Notes: generated from the sequence alone by a model not told the origin. Shown: positions 49,230 through 60,064, counted from the stretch's first letter. The stretch: 64,000 bases of DNA from Candidatus Thorarchaeota archaeon (GCA_048884785.1 JBHLQM010000004.1:41227-105226), one strand, 5' to 3'. Translations and numbers: made by a program.

Positions 49230-50063
49230 CTACTCAGCCAAAGACCAAACATAGCCCTTCTTCTCTTTTGAGAACTTCTTCTTCACTTGATTCTCACTCT
49301 CCAAAGCACTGAGGGTTCGGGGAGCACGGTCCCTACACTCACCTGATTCTTTCGTAGCCTCAGCAATAATCTCCGTTGTCGTTGCTTCACCCAAGCTTCT
49401 CAATATCCTAATTATTCTCGTTCTGGAATCCGGATCATCAAAAGTTGTGTTTCTTGCAGCAATTATGAGAATGAATCCAAGAGCGACTTCTGCCATGATA
49501 GCTACTGCCACACCGACAGTCGATATCCAAACAAAGGTAGGAGCAAGAAAACCAGTGATGCTTTCTAGGAGATACCCAAATGAAGCTCCTGCCCCTAGGA
49601 TAATGCCGACATATCCATTTAGATAGCCAGATTTGAACACCAAATAGCCAATTAAAATAAGATGAACTGCATAGAATGCTATGCCAACAAGCAACACCTG
49701 ATAGAACAGTGATATTTCTGCAAACATCAATACAATTCCTGCGATAAAAAGCAAAGCCTCTATTATTCGCAATCTTAGCGCAAGCAGTGATACGTTTTTG
49801 TCTACATTCGTTAGTACGTTGTTTAGCGGAAAAGCAACAACCAAACTAATGAATGACAGCGGAACAAGAGCGCAAAGCATCAAAATGAAGAAAAGTAGGT
49901 TGGCTTTAACACTCTGAATTGCCACTACCATTGATTCCGTTGGAAAATAGAACATCGTACCCAATGCCAAGAAAGCAAAAGTTCCTAGTATAATTCTGAG
50001 CAGAGTGAGAACTCCACCATTCCTAGCACATTGTATTCGCTCTAATGATAATCCTTCACTCAA
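49230..50063 (-). CDS. DUF4386-like membrane domain fused to C-terminal winged-helix
   Basis: ~6 TMs (LRIIEA, GYLVFKSGY) then ILRSLGEATTTEII...TLSALESENQVKKKFSKEKKGYVWSL. Confidence 0.75.
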   Translation of the reverse strand: MSEGLSLERIQCARNGGVLTLLRIILGTFAFLALGTMFYFPTESMVVAIQSVKANLLFFILMLCALVPLSFISLVVAFPLNNVLTNVDKNVSLLALRLRIIEALLFIAGIVLMFAEISLFYQVLLVGIAFYAVHLILIGYLVFKSGYLNGYVGIILGAGASFGYLLESITGFLAPTFVWISTVGVAVAIMAEVALGFILIIAARNTTFDDPDSRTRIIRILRSLGEATTTEIIAEATKESGECRDRAPRTLSALESENQVKKKFSKEKKGYVWSLAE

Positions 50064-50116
50064 GCGATTTCCACCTGCCTTTCTTACCTACACTCTACTT
50101 GAGAAATATATACTTC

Positions 50117-50130
50117 GGTTTCATGAAACC
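50117..50130. promoter_or_regulatory. Perfect 14-bp palindrome GGTTTCATGAAACC beside a TATA-like element
   Basis: Seen directly, next to ATATATA at ~50106-50112. Confidence 0.4.
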
Positions 50131-50336
50131 ATGGAGTTAATATATGGGATGCCAAGACGTTTTTTGGTCAATGTGCTACAACACTTTGATTCCTCTCAAA
50201 TGCGAGGATTTCATTTGTTCTTGATTTCACGAAGGCAAAAATAGAACGCGAAATCTCAAGAATCCAAAGAAGATCGTGCAAGCGGGATTTGATCTTGAAT
50301 GAGAGTACGTTAGACAAGAATACGGAATGTGGAACC

Positions 50337-50816
50337 ATGATTATAGAATATTATCACGCATCGAAGTATGGCAATGGCGTACGAGTCGCTGAGGAATTTA
50401 GTAGATTTATGGCCGCAAAAGGTGTTACTGTGAATATTCATCATGTCAAAAAAGCAAAGCCAAAAGAGATTCCCCCTGCTGACTTGTATGTATTCAGTTC
50501 TCCTGGCCGGTTTGGTAAACCGATTGGAGATATACGTGGCTTTTTGGGGAAAGCTCAATTCAACCCCGGAACGAGATGTGCCGTCGTTACAACTGAGATG
50601 GCGCCGCAGCCAGATAAGAAGACAGGCAAAGTGTCAACGGAGGAAGGAGATTGTCAGAAGGTTCTTCCAATAATGAGAGAGATTCTGCAGGCCAAAGGGC
50701 TCAATAAGGTAGCAGAGCAGAGAGTCTATGTGCTTGGGATAAAGGGGCCTCTTGAAGAGGGTTGGCAGAAGAAGGTGGATGCCTTTGCTGAATCAATACC
50801 ACTAGTTGCCATGTAG
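50337..50816 (+). CDS. Flavodoxin-like protein
   Basis: YHASKYGNG..VAE, DLYVFSSP, KGPLEEG. Confidence 0.8.
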   Translation: MIIEYYHASKYGNGVRVAEEFSRFMAAKGVTVNIHHVKKAKPKEIPPADLYVFSSPGRFGKPIGDIRGFLGKAQFNPGTRCAVVTTEMAPQPDKKTGKVSTEEGDCQKVLPIMREILQAKGLNKVAEQRVYVLGIKGPLEEGWQKKVDAFAESIPLVAM

Positions 50817-50854
50817 ATGTTTGGTCTATTTCATTCTACATGGGCGATATAAGC

Positions 50855-51364
50855 TTAGATCGCCCGATTTCTATGCCGACACCAGTCACCATTGATAGCA
50901 CTAAGATGTCCATTATGATGGTTCAAGTGTGCAAACATCTCTGTAATAACATCGATAATGCGCATACCCTGATGATATTGAGAAAAACACGATTCATCTA
51001 ATCTGCGATTCATCTCTTCGTCTGAGGCATTCTTAATCCAAGAGAGGAAATCACTCTCGGATGAGTTGAAATAGGCTTCAATCTCTTGGATTGGCGTTCC
51101 TTTCCATTCTCCTGTGTCGCTTGAGTCGCCCCTATAGGCGTAGAAGAAGTCAGGATTCTTGGGAGAACTTCCTCGAATCAGCATGTTCAAATTAAAATCA
51201 TAAACTGCTGCCTGATGGGCAAGAATCCATCCTACGGCTGACATGCCTGAGGAAGGTCGAAAAGACAAATCCAGACATCCATTATCCTTCAAGTCTTGGA
51301 ATGCCCTCTCGCGCATGATTCTGGTCGATTTGGCCATACTTATAACAAATTCAGCTACGTTCAT
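50855..51364 (-). CDS. DinB-family protein
   Basis: GWILAHQA, HLNHHNGHL. Confidence 0.85.
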   Translation of the reverse strand: MNVAEFVISMAKSTRIMRERAFQDLKDNGCLDLSFRPSSGMSAVGWILAHQAAVYDFNLNMLIRGSSPKNPDFFYAYRGDSSDTGEWKGTPIQEIEAYFNSSESDFLSWIKNASDEEMNRRLDESCFSQYHQGMRIIDVITEMFAHLNHHNGHLSAINGDWCRHRNRAI

Positions 51365-51480
51365 TTTTCCAACTTAGTGAATGGACTGCCTCGATTTATA
51401 CGTTGATAATAAAGCATAAACCATCTGAGCCTACTTGCCGCACGTGTGATTCTTGTAATCAAATCGTGGTGGTGGACAAT

Positions 51481-52158
51481 ATGCCAATTGATGCAGTCTT
51501 TTTGCTGAAGAAGATCGTGGCTTTGGTCATCTCGCTTCTTCTCTTGAATGTAGTGCTCATCCTCCTGTTTCCTGAAGTCTATCTGGCATCAAACTTCTCG
51601 ATAACTCTTTTATTGACCAATCTATTCCTTGGAGCGGACATCGCCATCCGACCTTTCATGTATCAAGAGGGCAAAAGAGATCGATATCAAACCCGTTTCC
51701 TGCTCCTCTTTCTCTTGGCGTGCCCTGTTCTAATTGCATTTCCATATCTTGAATATTCATTCATTCAAAGTACATTTCTTTCTCCAGTTGCAACCAATGT
51801 ATTTTGGATAATGGGCACATTGCTGATTCTGCTTGGAGGAACTACACTTGTAGCAAGTCGTATTATTCTTGGAACCTATGGCACATTGAAAATAGGAATC
51901 GACGAGGATCACAAATTAATAACTAGAGGTCCTTTCCATTACATCAGACATCCAATTTACGCTGGAACGTTAATTCTGTTATTTGGGTACACTGTTTCTT
52001 TTAGTAGTATTATCAGTCTGGCCATTATGCTACTCATTGTCATCCCGCTTGGTAGAGGAAGAATGGCTTTGGAGGAAAAGCTACTGATTCAGGAATTTGG
52101 AGATGAATATCTAGAGTATATGAAACGTACAAAGCGAATAATCCCCTTTCTGTATTGA
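51481..52158 (+). CDS. Isoprenylcysteine carboxylmethyltransferase (ICMT/PEMT) family membrane protein
   Basis: HKLITRGPFHYIRHPIYAG, EEKLLIQEFGDEYLEY. Confidence 0.9.
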   Translation: MPIDAVFLLKKIVALVISLLLLNVVLILLFPEVYLASNFSITLLLTNLFLGADIAIRPFMYQEGKRDRYQTRFLLLFLLACPVLIAFPYLEYSFIQSTFLSPVATNVFWIMGTLLILLGGTTLVASRIILGTYGTLKIGIDEDHKLITRGPFHYIRHPIYAGTLILLFGYTVSFSSIISLAIMLLIVIPLGRGRMALEEKLLIQEFGDEYLEYMKRTKRIIPFLY

Positions 52159-52268
52159 TTTCTATGTTCTTGCTCCCGAATTCGCCTATATCCTGTTAGA
52201 GATGTTTCAAATGAGAAGAATTACGCTGCCAAGCGGCAATCTTCCTGCGGCTACTATCGCAAAGTGAC

Positions 52269-53084
52269 TCAGCTTTTGAAAAAAACTGTCTGAATACTAG
52301 ACACAAGCAACTCTCTTTCATCGCTCCACAGTTCTGCAACTTGATCGAAATATCCACGATAGAACCGCTGCCCTCTTGCTGCGGCCAAGAGTGGGCGACA
52401 TGCCTGACGGTCAAGGCTTGAAGAATCTGCATGAAAGTGGATGGTAGTTGATACTGTGCCTGCTATCCCGAGATTGCTGCGCAGAATAAAGACTCGAGGG
52501 AAGAACACATCGCTTATCGCCGCCAGCGAGAGAAAATCAAGAGGCCGTTCCGGTTCGTCACGCACCCAGAGTATTGTTTCTGAGTCTTCTGCCAATTCAC
52601 CTGATAGATTCAATTCACCGCGTATGAATTTGAAGTCGTAGCGCTGTATCCACTTTGGTTCTGGAGGAGCAAGCCAAGATTCAACTTCTTCAGGTTTGGG
52701 TGATACGGGCGCCCGTGCTTCGGACATCATCCAAGTATCTTGTCGGGTTGCGAGAACCGCTGTGGATGTTGCAGCTACTTGTGATCCTTGAATGATTTCT
52801 GCAATCCAGTGTTGGTTTGAACGATTTGTACGCATGTTGCGAACTTTTAGCTCAAATGGAGTATAGGCGATTGGTCCAGCGAAGTTCACTGTCATTGAAA
52901 CTGGATCGCCCTGACGCTCTTTGTGGTTCATTATGCCATTGAGAATGACTGCAACAATGATACCACCGAAGGGACCTACCATATTGGCGTAGGACTCAGG
53001 GATACACCCCTGATATGTGTAAGGTGATTTCATTGCAAGTTCGATTGCCTTATCGAAAAGGTGTGTTTCTTCTTCGCCGAGCAT
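52269..53084 (-). CDS. Acyl-CoA thioesterase (TesB-like double hotdog)
   Basis: GPFGG, SMTVNF, LAAISDVFFP, TVSTTIHFH, SIQ. Confidence 0.85.
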   Translation of the reverse strand: MLGEEETHLFDKAIELAMKSPYTYQGCIPESYANMVGPFGGIIVAVILNGIMNHKERQGDPVSMTVNFAGPIAYTPFELKVRNMRTNRSNQHWIAEIIQGSQVAATSTAVLATRQDTWMMSEARAPVSPKPEEVESWLAPPEPKWIQRYDFKFIRGELNLSGELAEDSETILWVRDEPERPLDFLSLAAISDVFFPRVFILRSNLGIAGTVSTTIHFHADSSSLDRQACRPLLAAARGQRFYRGYFDQVAELWSDERELLVSSIQTVFFKS

Positions 53085-53090
53085 GGTCTT

Positions 53091-53573
53091 CTACCTCTCC
53101 ATTTCATTCAGAGGAAAGCTCTCAAGCATTTCTCTCATGAATTCCTTTGTTTCCTTGTGAAGAATACGTTTGAATAGCTCTTCTCTGACTACAAATTCAA
53201 CGCGATCAATTTCATCATCATTGGGTATGAGGTCATCTCCTTTTCCAAGATATTCAACCAGAAACATTGTGCATTCTTGCCCATCAAATCCAGTCCTATC
53301 TCTGATGCTTGGTGGGAAATCAAAGCAAACCTTGTTTTCGTATTCCTTGATAATCATGAATTGGTCTGATCCCGTTTCTTCTCGGAGCTCTCTAGCAATT
53401 GCCTGATGGTTCGATTCATCGACCTCCAAAACCCCACCTCCTGGAATGTTCCATTCAAGTGGAATGTTCTCTGGTCCACCTGGCATATCCATCAACTTCA
53501 CCTTGCCCACAACTAGGAATTTGTGTCCTCTATAGACAATAGCCCCAACTGCTTTTCTAATCATGGTTATCAA
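53091..53573 (-). CDS. NUDIX hydrolase (RppH/Ap4A-like)
   Basis: PGGGVLEVDESNHQAIARELREETGS. Confidence 0.88.
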   Translation of the reverse strand: MITMIRKAVGAIVYRGHKFLVVGKVKLMDMPGGPENIPLEWNIPGGGVLEVDESNHQAIARELREETGSDQFMIIKEYENKVCFDFPPSIRDRTGFDGQECTMFLVEYLGKGDDLIPNDDEIDRVEFVVREELFKRILHKETKEFMREMLESFPLNEMER

Positions 53574-53663
53574 ATCGGCAGTATCTAATTATTCACTCTC
53601 CTAATGAGAGTCAAGGATTTAATCTCTCTCCCCCAGCTTGATTTCACGGCGATTCTTCTTGAT

Positions 53664-55157
53664 TCATTTTTCTGAGCGTTTCACCACCGATGCAGCGATA
53701 CCTAGTATGCAGTAAAGCACCATTATTATCACTGGTATAATTTCATCTAGGATGGTTGCATTATAGAAGGCAACAGCTCTTGATGCTTCCACGTAGTATG
53801 TTAGAGGGAAGATATAGGGGATCCAAGAAATGAAAGATGGCAGTTGACTTAGGGGGAATAGGATTCCCGATAGGAACATTTGTGGAAGGATGAATACAAG
53901 CATAAGCTGTATGACCTGAAGTTCATTCTTCATCCGATACGAAATCGCAATTGCGAGAGTGACTGACCCCATGGCTAGCAGGATAACCAATGGGACCAAT
54001 GTTAGGATGGATGAGAATAGCTGCGGAGAAATATAAAGCACAACACTGCTAATTACCGTGGTCTGAACGAGGAGTACTCCAATGAATGCAATTGAATATC
54101 CTAGGATGATTTCAAGGTCTGTTAATGGAGTACATTGCATCCTCTCAAGCGTACCTTGCTGTCTCTCTCGCAAGAAGAATATTCCAGGTATAAGAAAACC
54201 AAAGAATACCCCCATAAAACCAATAATCGCTGGTCCCATGATCTCAATCATTGACATTCCCTCCTCTCCATAGACGTAGGTGATGTCAATGCTGACCTCA
54301 TTCTCTCTTCCAAAGAACTGTGATATTGCATCAGAGAGGGCTCCACTAATGGTTGCCAAAGCTGATGCCGCCTCTGCAGTCCGAATGCCATTTACCATCA
54401 GCTCAATAGGTCGATCCTCTCCACTAAGCGTGGCTTGCGTGAAACCCGCACCTATGTATACTCCTGCAACCGCAGATAGGCTGTTGACTGACTCAATGAC
54501 TGCCTCTCTCGTATCACAAGAGATGATTGACAAGTTCCCACTATCTGTCAGGATTCCATCAAAGAGTGCTCCTATAGTAGTGGTGAATCCAATATCCTCA
54601 TTCACTAGAGAAAGATTGAATGATAAATCAAATGGACTTGGAGGAAGGGGGTTGTCAAATGTAACGTTTCCTCCAACTTCAATTCCTCCTTTGCGTCCTA
54701 TGAGTTCGCTAGCGGCTTGTGTTGTTGCGTTTCCTATCACCGCCATTATATAATTCGCTTCCAATTCACTTGTAACATTGATGTATATGTTGAGAGAAAC
54801 GTTGCTTCCAGTTAGAAGGCTCTCAGTGAAATTGGAGGGTAGGAGGAGAACAGCTTGAATTGACTCTCCATAGCCAAGGAATGCATCAGAAGGAGCTCGA
54901 TGAAAGACGGTCACATTTGCATTACCATCTAATTGTAAGGAGATTTCCGAACCATAACTATCTTCTATTGGTGCATCCTGAATGCACACAGCTGTTGATA
55001 CACCTGTAATAGACCCTGAAAGGATGAATGACCATAGTACAGTAATCAGTAGAGGTGCAACCACTAGCAGACCAAGGGTTGGCCTGTCTCGACGAATCTG
55101 ACGGAAGATCCTTCGGACAATTGTATTGACACGATGAGTACTAATGCTACTGCTCAT
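53664..55157 (-). CDS. ABC-2 type exporter permease with duplicated extracellular domain
   Basis: RQIRRDR, LRERQQGTLER, FLSGILFP, PLTY. Confidence 0.9.
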   Translation of the reverse strand: MSSSISTHRVNTIVRRIFRQIRRDRPTLGLLVVAPLLITVLWSFILSGSITGVSTAVCIQDAPIEDSYGSEISLQLDGNANVTVFHRAPSDAFLGYGESIQAVLLLPSNFTESLLTGSNVSLNIYINVTSELEANYIMAVIGNATTQAASELIGRKGGIEVGGNVTFDNPLPPSPFDLSFNLSLVNEDIGFTTTIGALFDGILTDSGNLSIISCDTREAVIESVNSLSAVAGVYIGAGFTQATLSGEDRPIELMVNGIRTAEAASALATISGALSDAISQFFGRENEVSIDITYVYGEEGMSMIEIMGPAIIGFMGVFFGFLIPGIFFLRERQQGTLERMQCTPLTDLEIILGYSIAFIGVLLVQTTVISSVVLYISPQLFSSILTLVPLVILLAMGSVTLAIAISYRMKNELQVIQLMLVFILPQMFLSGILFPLSQLPSFISWIPYIFPLTYYVEASRAVAFYNATILDEIIPVIIMVLYCILGIAASVVKRSEK

Positions 55158-56098
55158 TGCCGACTCCTCCTGACATGATATGTAAAAGCTTCTTCTAGAC
55201 CCGGCTGTTTTACAATCAAGTTTCCCATCTGGAATTTCACATCAGTTAAAGCTTGGAAGACTCGGAATTTAACGTCACTATTTGATGCTAACACGAAGAA
55301 TCGATTGCCCTTGATTTCTACAGGCGCGATATTTTCCAGCGCGCTTTCCAGCTCCTTGGCATGAGCTGCATCTATGGTGCCAGAGATTGTGCTCTCCAGA
55401 GGAAGTGCACTGATGAGTTCCTCAGGGGGTCCATGGGCAATTAGCTTACCTTCAAAAATCATTGCCACCTTGTCACATCTTGTGGCCTCATCGAGATAGT
55501 GGGTCGTCATGACGATTGTCTTTCCTTCCTTGGAAAGTTTATGGAAATGGTCCCAGAATTCCATACGTAGGTCCGGACTCACACCAACTGTTGGTTCATC
55601 CAAAAATATGACATCGGGTTCGTGTACTATCGCACAGGCCAAACTCACTCGTTGAATTGTCCCTCCGCTGAGCACTTGGACCGTACGATCCAGAGATTCT
55701 GTAATCTGAGTCAGTGTAGCGGCCCTTTCAATCAACTCCTTCCTCCTTTGATGGCTCTTTACACCATAACTCTCAGCAAAGAATTCGAGATTCTCTCGGG
55801 CGGTTAAATCCGGATAGAGCGATTTCAATTGAGTCATGTAGCCAGTGCGAGCACGCTGTTCAGGGGTAAGACGGTTTGACTGAATCCCATCAATGAAACA
55901 GGCTCCATTCGTAGGTCTTAAGATTCCAATCATCATACGCACAAGCGTTGTCTTTCCCGCACCATTTGGACCAACCATACCAAGAATTGTTCCCTTGGGG
56001 ACATCAAGAGAAACATTGTCGACAGCCACAATATCTTCGAAATGCCTAGTTACACTAGCAGCCTGAATCAACTTCTGGTCCTCCGGTTTCTTTCTCAT
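55154..56098 (-). CDS. ABC transporter ATP-binding protein
   Basis: GPNGAGKT, LSGG, FLDEPT, TTHY; start MRKK (56098) assumed. Confidence 0.93.
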   Translation of the reverse strand: MRKKPEDQKLIQAASVTRHFEDIVAVDNVSLDVPKGTILGMVGPNGAGKTTLVRMMIGILRPTNGACFIDGIQSNRLTPEQRARTGYMTQLKSLYPDLTARENLEFFAESYGVKSHQRRKELIERAATLTQITESLDRTVQVLSGGTIQRVSLACAIVHEPDVIFLDEPTVGVSPDLRMEFWDHFHKLSKEGKTIVMTTHYLDEATRCDKVAMIFEGKLIAHGPPEELISALPLESTISGTIDAAHAKELESALENIAPVEIKGNRFFVLASNSDVKFRVFQALTDVKFQMGNLIVKQPGLEEAFTYHVRRSRQ

Positions 56099-56293
56099 GA
56101 ACTTGAGTCTTGATTCATTCCTACTTTGGTATGCGTTCCACTGTAATGAATTTAATCTGATAATATCGTTCGTTAGGATATCGCAGGAGGGGGATACAAC
56201 AGAATATCTAGTCAATATGACCACATGTATGCTTCTTCCGTGCTATTCTATAGTCATCCTCTAGGGAATGTCCGGCGCGGCGTTCGCATTTGC

Positions 56294-57091
56294 TTATTTT
56301 CTTCGTTTCATAGCAACAATCACAATAACTACTACTGCAATGGCTGCTCCTACTACCAGAATGATCAGCATCATATCGGAAAGCAGTGGGCCATTAGTTG
56401 TGGTTGTTGGATCCGGGATCGGTTCGTCATCAACCACGACATTGTCAATCGCAGGTCCAGCACTCCCATAGAAAGCGAAGTATGCCGAGGTCACAGGTGT
56501 GATCGATCTGCCGTCGAATCGATGTGTTCCATTTATGTAGATATCGAAGTCGCCTGGTTCCACTCGACTGATGTCGATATGATACCATCCCGAGGAGGTT
56601 GACGCGGAATAGCTGCCAATGGTCTGACCTAGGCCTGTACTGCCAGCCATTCGTCTATAGAGACGAAACTCTGGATTGGAATCGGCAAGGGGTCCTGTTA
56701 TGATCATTAGGCCATATTCTGCAGGCACGCTGTCCGGGACATCATCGGGGTCCAACACTCCATCAGAAATGAACGCTATGTAGAAATGGTGATCTTCGTT
56801 GTCAACGCAATCAACATCGAAGCTCCAGTGTCCGGAGCTTGCTGTGCTTGCATGGTATGTATAGGTACTAAATTCCCCTGTGTATCTAAGATTATTATCC
56901 TCAAGAGAATAGTTGGCAGGAACCTCTGTTGCTGACTCACCGGACCATATGACACCAAATGTCGTCCATCCATCAAGATTTCCATCGTTGAAGTCATCAG
57001 ACCAGACTACTGATGCTGAGACCGGCAAAAAAAGTGGAATCATGATGTAGGCACAAATTGCTATTGAAAGAAGCTTTAGGATTCTTTTCAA
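56294..57091 (-). CDS. Secreted beta-sandwich (LamG/ConA-like) protein with C-terminal membrane anchor
   Basis: Signal peptide VSA, WSDDFNDG, WYHIDI, IDNVVV, Thr linker, TM plus KRRK. Confidence 0.75.
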   Translation of the reverse strand: MKRILKLLSIAICAYIMIPLFLPVSASVVWSDDFNDGNLDGWTTFGVIWSGESATEVPANYSLEDNNLRYTGEFSTYTYHASTASSGHWSFDVDCVDNEDHHFYIAFISDGVLDPDDVPDSVPAEYGLMIITGPLADSNPEFRLYRRMAGSTGLGQTIGSYSASTSSGWYHIDISRVEPGDFDIYINGTHRFDGRSITPVTSAYFAFYGSAGPAIDNVVVDDEPIPDPTTTTNGPLLSDMMLIILVVGAAIAVVVIVIVAMKRRK

Positions 57092-57374
57092 TCTTCTTGC
57101 CTCAAGTACCGTGAGTACTCGGCTAACTATATTGGTGGTCCTTGTTAATAAGCATATGTAACAAATATACGCGAATCGCCGTTATCAAGATAGCTAAACA
57201 AGCTAGATAAAGACCGTAACCACACTGGATATATTATCTAGTGGTTGGACTATGTTGGGTATTGGATTTGGCTGGTTCAAATGTGAATGCATTGCATTTG
57301 ATATCGGAGCAACTGAAACCTCAAATTTGCTTTGAAAGATAGAAAGATATCTTTTCTAAAACGGAAACCATCAA

Positions 57375-57944
57375 ATGGCAGAATTCTTTCCCAAAGACAA
57401 ATCCGTTCCAGAAGAATTAGTTTTTGATAATATCCGGATTAGACAATTGAGAGCTAGTGATAATGAACTTGATTATAATGCAGTAATTGAAAGCGGATTT
57501 AGACCAGAAGGCTTCCCAAAAGAAGAGAATCTAAAGCAAATATCTCGTCATGAAGAAGATCATAACAACAAGGAGGAATTTGCTTTTACAATACTGAATG
57601 TTGAGGAATCAAAATGCTATGGGTGCATTTTCATCAAACCCATAGTTCCCTTTCTGAGATTTGCCTTCTTCAACGAGAGTATCATTGAATATATGTCTCT
57701 AGAAGAGACAGATCCTGGGATTTCCTTCTGGATAACACCAAATGGATGGAAAATGAATCTCTATGACAAATTGCTGGGGGAATTACCAAAATGGTTGAAG
57801 AAGGAATGGCCCTACGAAAGCTGGTATTTCTTTGGGATGGGGCCATCACCAGAAGAGATCAAAGCTTTATCCCGATTCAATCTTGAACAGAGATTCCTTC
57901 TCCAAGTTGGAGAAAAGAAATACTTCCTCTGGAAATATATCTGA
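57375..57944 (+). CDS. GNAT-like (RimJ-type) hypothetical protein
   Basis: IRQLRASDNELDYNAV, FAFTIL...YGCIFI, ISFW, WLKKEWP. Confidence 0.6.
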   Translation: MAEFFPKDKSVPEELVFDNIRIRQLRASDNELDYNAVIESGFRPEGFPKEENLKQISRHEEDHNNKEEFAFTILNVEESKCYGCIFIKPIVPFLRFAFFNESIIEYMSLEETDPGISFWITPNGWKMNLYDKLLGELPKWLKKEWPYESWYFFGMGPSPEEIKALSRFNLEQRFLLQVGEKKYFLWKYI

Positions 57945-57977
57945 TAGGCTTTGATAGGCCAATTCTAAATCGCTTTA

Positions 57978-58727
57978 TCAATTCCTTAGGAACTCCTTTA
58001 TCAGCTTCATAGCACGCTCTTGTACGGTCGTGTTCTCAAGTCTTATTCTCGACAGAGTTGCTGATCGAAGCATCATTTCTTCTTCCAGACCCATCAATAA
58101 CATGTATATGAATTCGACAATCTGATCCGCGTTTAGGTCATTGGAAATCGTTCCATCTGATTTTCCCTTCTTGATCGCATTAGTCCAAAGCAGAGTATGT
58201 CTCTGTAGTGTGATATAGAACTCGATCAAGTAGGGTTCTTCAAAGTTCTTGCGTAGTACTTCCTGTACTGGAGTTCTCATTCTAAGTCCTTTCTCTCTGA
58301 GTTGGGCCATTTTGGTGTCTATTCTCTCGAGAGATATTTTGTGATACTGTATCCGCTTGTAGAATTCTCGAATAATAACATGCATAAGTGGATTATGTAG
58401 AGCTGGAGTAAAATCAATGTCACATAGCTCCAACACTTGCTCAATTCCTGATGCTTTGTCGGAATACTTCTCACCATATCGATTGGTCAATTCTTCGATT
58501 TTCTCGATGCCGAGCCCAAAGAAGATAGCATCCTTATTCTGGAAGTAGTTGTACAATGTAGTTCGACTGACGAATGCCGCGTCAGCTATGTCCTCTAGAA
58601 TGACTTCATCGAAAGGCTTCTCAGAGAAGAACTTCTCAGCGGCTGAGAGAATTGCTTGCCTGGTTCTTTCTTTTTTCCTAGCACGCAATTTCATTTTCTT
58701 CGGTCCCACATCACTATCAGGTGTCAT
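57978..58727 (-). CDS. TetR/AcrR-family transcriptional regulator
   Basis: TRQAILSAAEKFF...IADAAFVSRTTLYNYFQNKD. Confidence 0.92.
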   Translation of the reverse strand: MTPDSDVGPKKMKLRARKKERTRQAILSAAEKFFSEKPFDEVILEDIADAAFVSRTTLYNYFQNKDAIFFGLGIEKIEELTNRYGEKYSDKASGIEQVLELCDIDFTPALHNPLMHVIIREFYKRIQYHKISLERIDTKMAQLREKGLRMRTPVQEVLRKNFEEPYLIEFYITLQRHTLLWTNAIKKGKSDGTISNDLNADQIVEFIYMLLMGLEEEMMLRSATLSRIRLENTTVQERAMKLIKEFLRN

Positions 58728-58879
58728 TTCACTATGTCATATATCTACAGACTATATATAGTTTTACATGGATAACAAAATTTTGCAAAGAGATAAATAT
58801 TTGACACAATGTAAAGATTTTTATACTATGTTGTCTAATATTGTACTCGTTGTCATCTACATTTGTGGATGAAGCGTGT

Positions 58880-59314
58880 ATGGAGAAGCAAAGAATGAAT
58901 TCAACCAAACTCGAAGATTTGAAAGTAAACGTGAAGATCAAGCTATCTGCCTTATGGATAACCCTGATGTTCTCATATTCATATGCAGATGTTCTGGGAT
59001 TCTATTCTCCCGGCAACTTAGCTGAGATACTCACTGGTGAAATTGCTGGTGTACTTCTGACTCAAGAGATGCTACTCGCCATGGCGATTCTTATGGCAAT
59101 CCCAATTGTCATGGTGTTTCTATCCATAATCTTGATGCCTAAAGTGAATCGCATCCTCAACATAATCGCAGCAATTTTTCAGCTCATCCTCCTGGGTGCT
59201 ACATTTCTCAATACAATCACTGCATACTATGTAGTGCTTGCTGGCATCGAATTGGTTTGTCTGATCCTGATTCTATGGTTTGCCTTCAAGTGGCCATATG
59301 AGGTGCTCAAATGA
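58880..59314 (+). CDS. DUF6326-family membrane protein
   Basis: KIKLSALW..LMFSYSYADVLGFY.PG; start uncertain. Confidence 0.75.
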   Translation: MEKQRMNSTKLEDLKVNVKIKLSALWITLMFSYSYADVLGFYSPGNLAEILTGEIAGVLLTQEMLLAMAILMAIPIVMVFLSIILMPKVNRILNIIAAIFQLILLGATFLNTITAYYVVLAGIELVCLILILWFAFKWPYEVLK

Positions 59315-60000
59315 GTAAAACTGAATCATACAAACTTAATGCACAAGTTGCAGGATTAATGTGGCTACTAGCAATAGTAGCAGGAATATTAGGCGCCATC
59401 TTTCTAGGCGATTACCAACAAGTGGAGACAAATGTAGCATTTTTCTCTCAGAATGAGACAGCTGTTCTAATTGGTTCACTACTATTCTTATCTATGGCTC
59501 TCTTCACTGCCAACATTGCGATATTTCTGTATCCAGTTCTCAAGAAGTATAATGAGTCAATGGCACTGTCTGCTATAGGTCTTCGTCTGATAGAGACCGC
59601 TCTCTTTGGTGTTGGTTCCCTATTGTTTATTGCAGTGCTTATTGTAAGCAACGCATATGTTGCAGCTGGATCTCCTGTTGATACGACGTATCAGATTTTA
59701 GCCCACACCTTTCTCAGTATGAATGATATGACAGGGGTCTTTGCGACGTTTGCGTTTAATGCAGGAGCTTTCATGTATTGCTACATCTTCTTCAGAACTA
59801 GATTGGTTCCTAAGTGGCTTGGAGTGTTTGGGGTCATTGTCACTCTACTGGGATTTGCAGGTTCATTCCTTAATCTCTTTGGAATCCATGATATCTCCTT
59901 GTTCCTAGAGCTTCCTACCCTCTTCTTCGAAGTAGCAATAGGGGTCTGGCTGATAGTCAAGGGTTTCAATCAAGAGGTCTTGGCATCCTTAAGCCAATAA
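59311..60000 (+). CDS. DUF4386-family membrane protein
   Basis: LYPVLKK, RLIE, LVPKWLG, FEVAIGVWLIVKGF; ATGA-coupled to the upstream gene. Confidence 0.8.
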   Translation: MSKTESYKLNAQVAGLMWLLAIVAGILGAIFLGDYQQVETNVAFFSQNETAVLIGSLLFLSMALFTANIAIFLYPVLKKYNESMALSAIGLRLIETALFGVGSLLFIAVLIVSNAYVAAGSPVDTTYQILAHTFLSMNDMTGVFATFAFNAGAFMYCYIFFRTRLVPKWLGVFGVIVTLLGFAGSFLNLFGIHDISLFLELPTLFFEVAIGVWLIVKGFNQEVLASLSQ

Positions 60001-60021
60001 TATCAATAAGTAAGAAAAGTT

Positions 60022-60064
60022 GGCCTCCACAAGAGGGAGTGTGGGGGCCTCTTTCTTCTTTTTT
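60022..60064 (+). terminator. Hairpin plus T-tract after the DUF4386 gene
   Basis: GGCCTCCAC...GTGGGGGCC then TCTTTCTTCTTTTTT. Confidence 0.6.
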
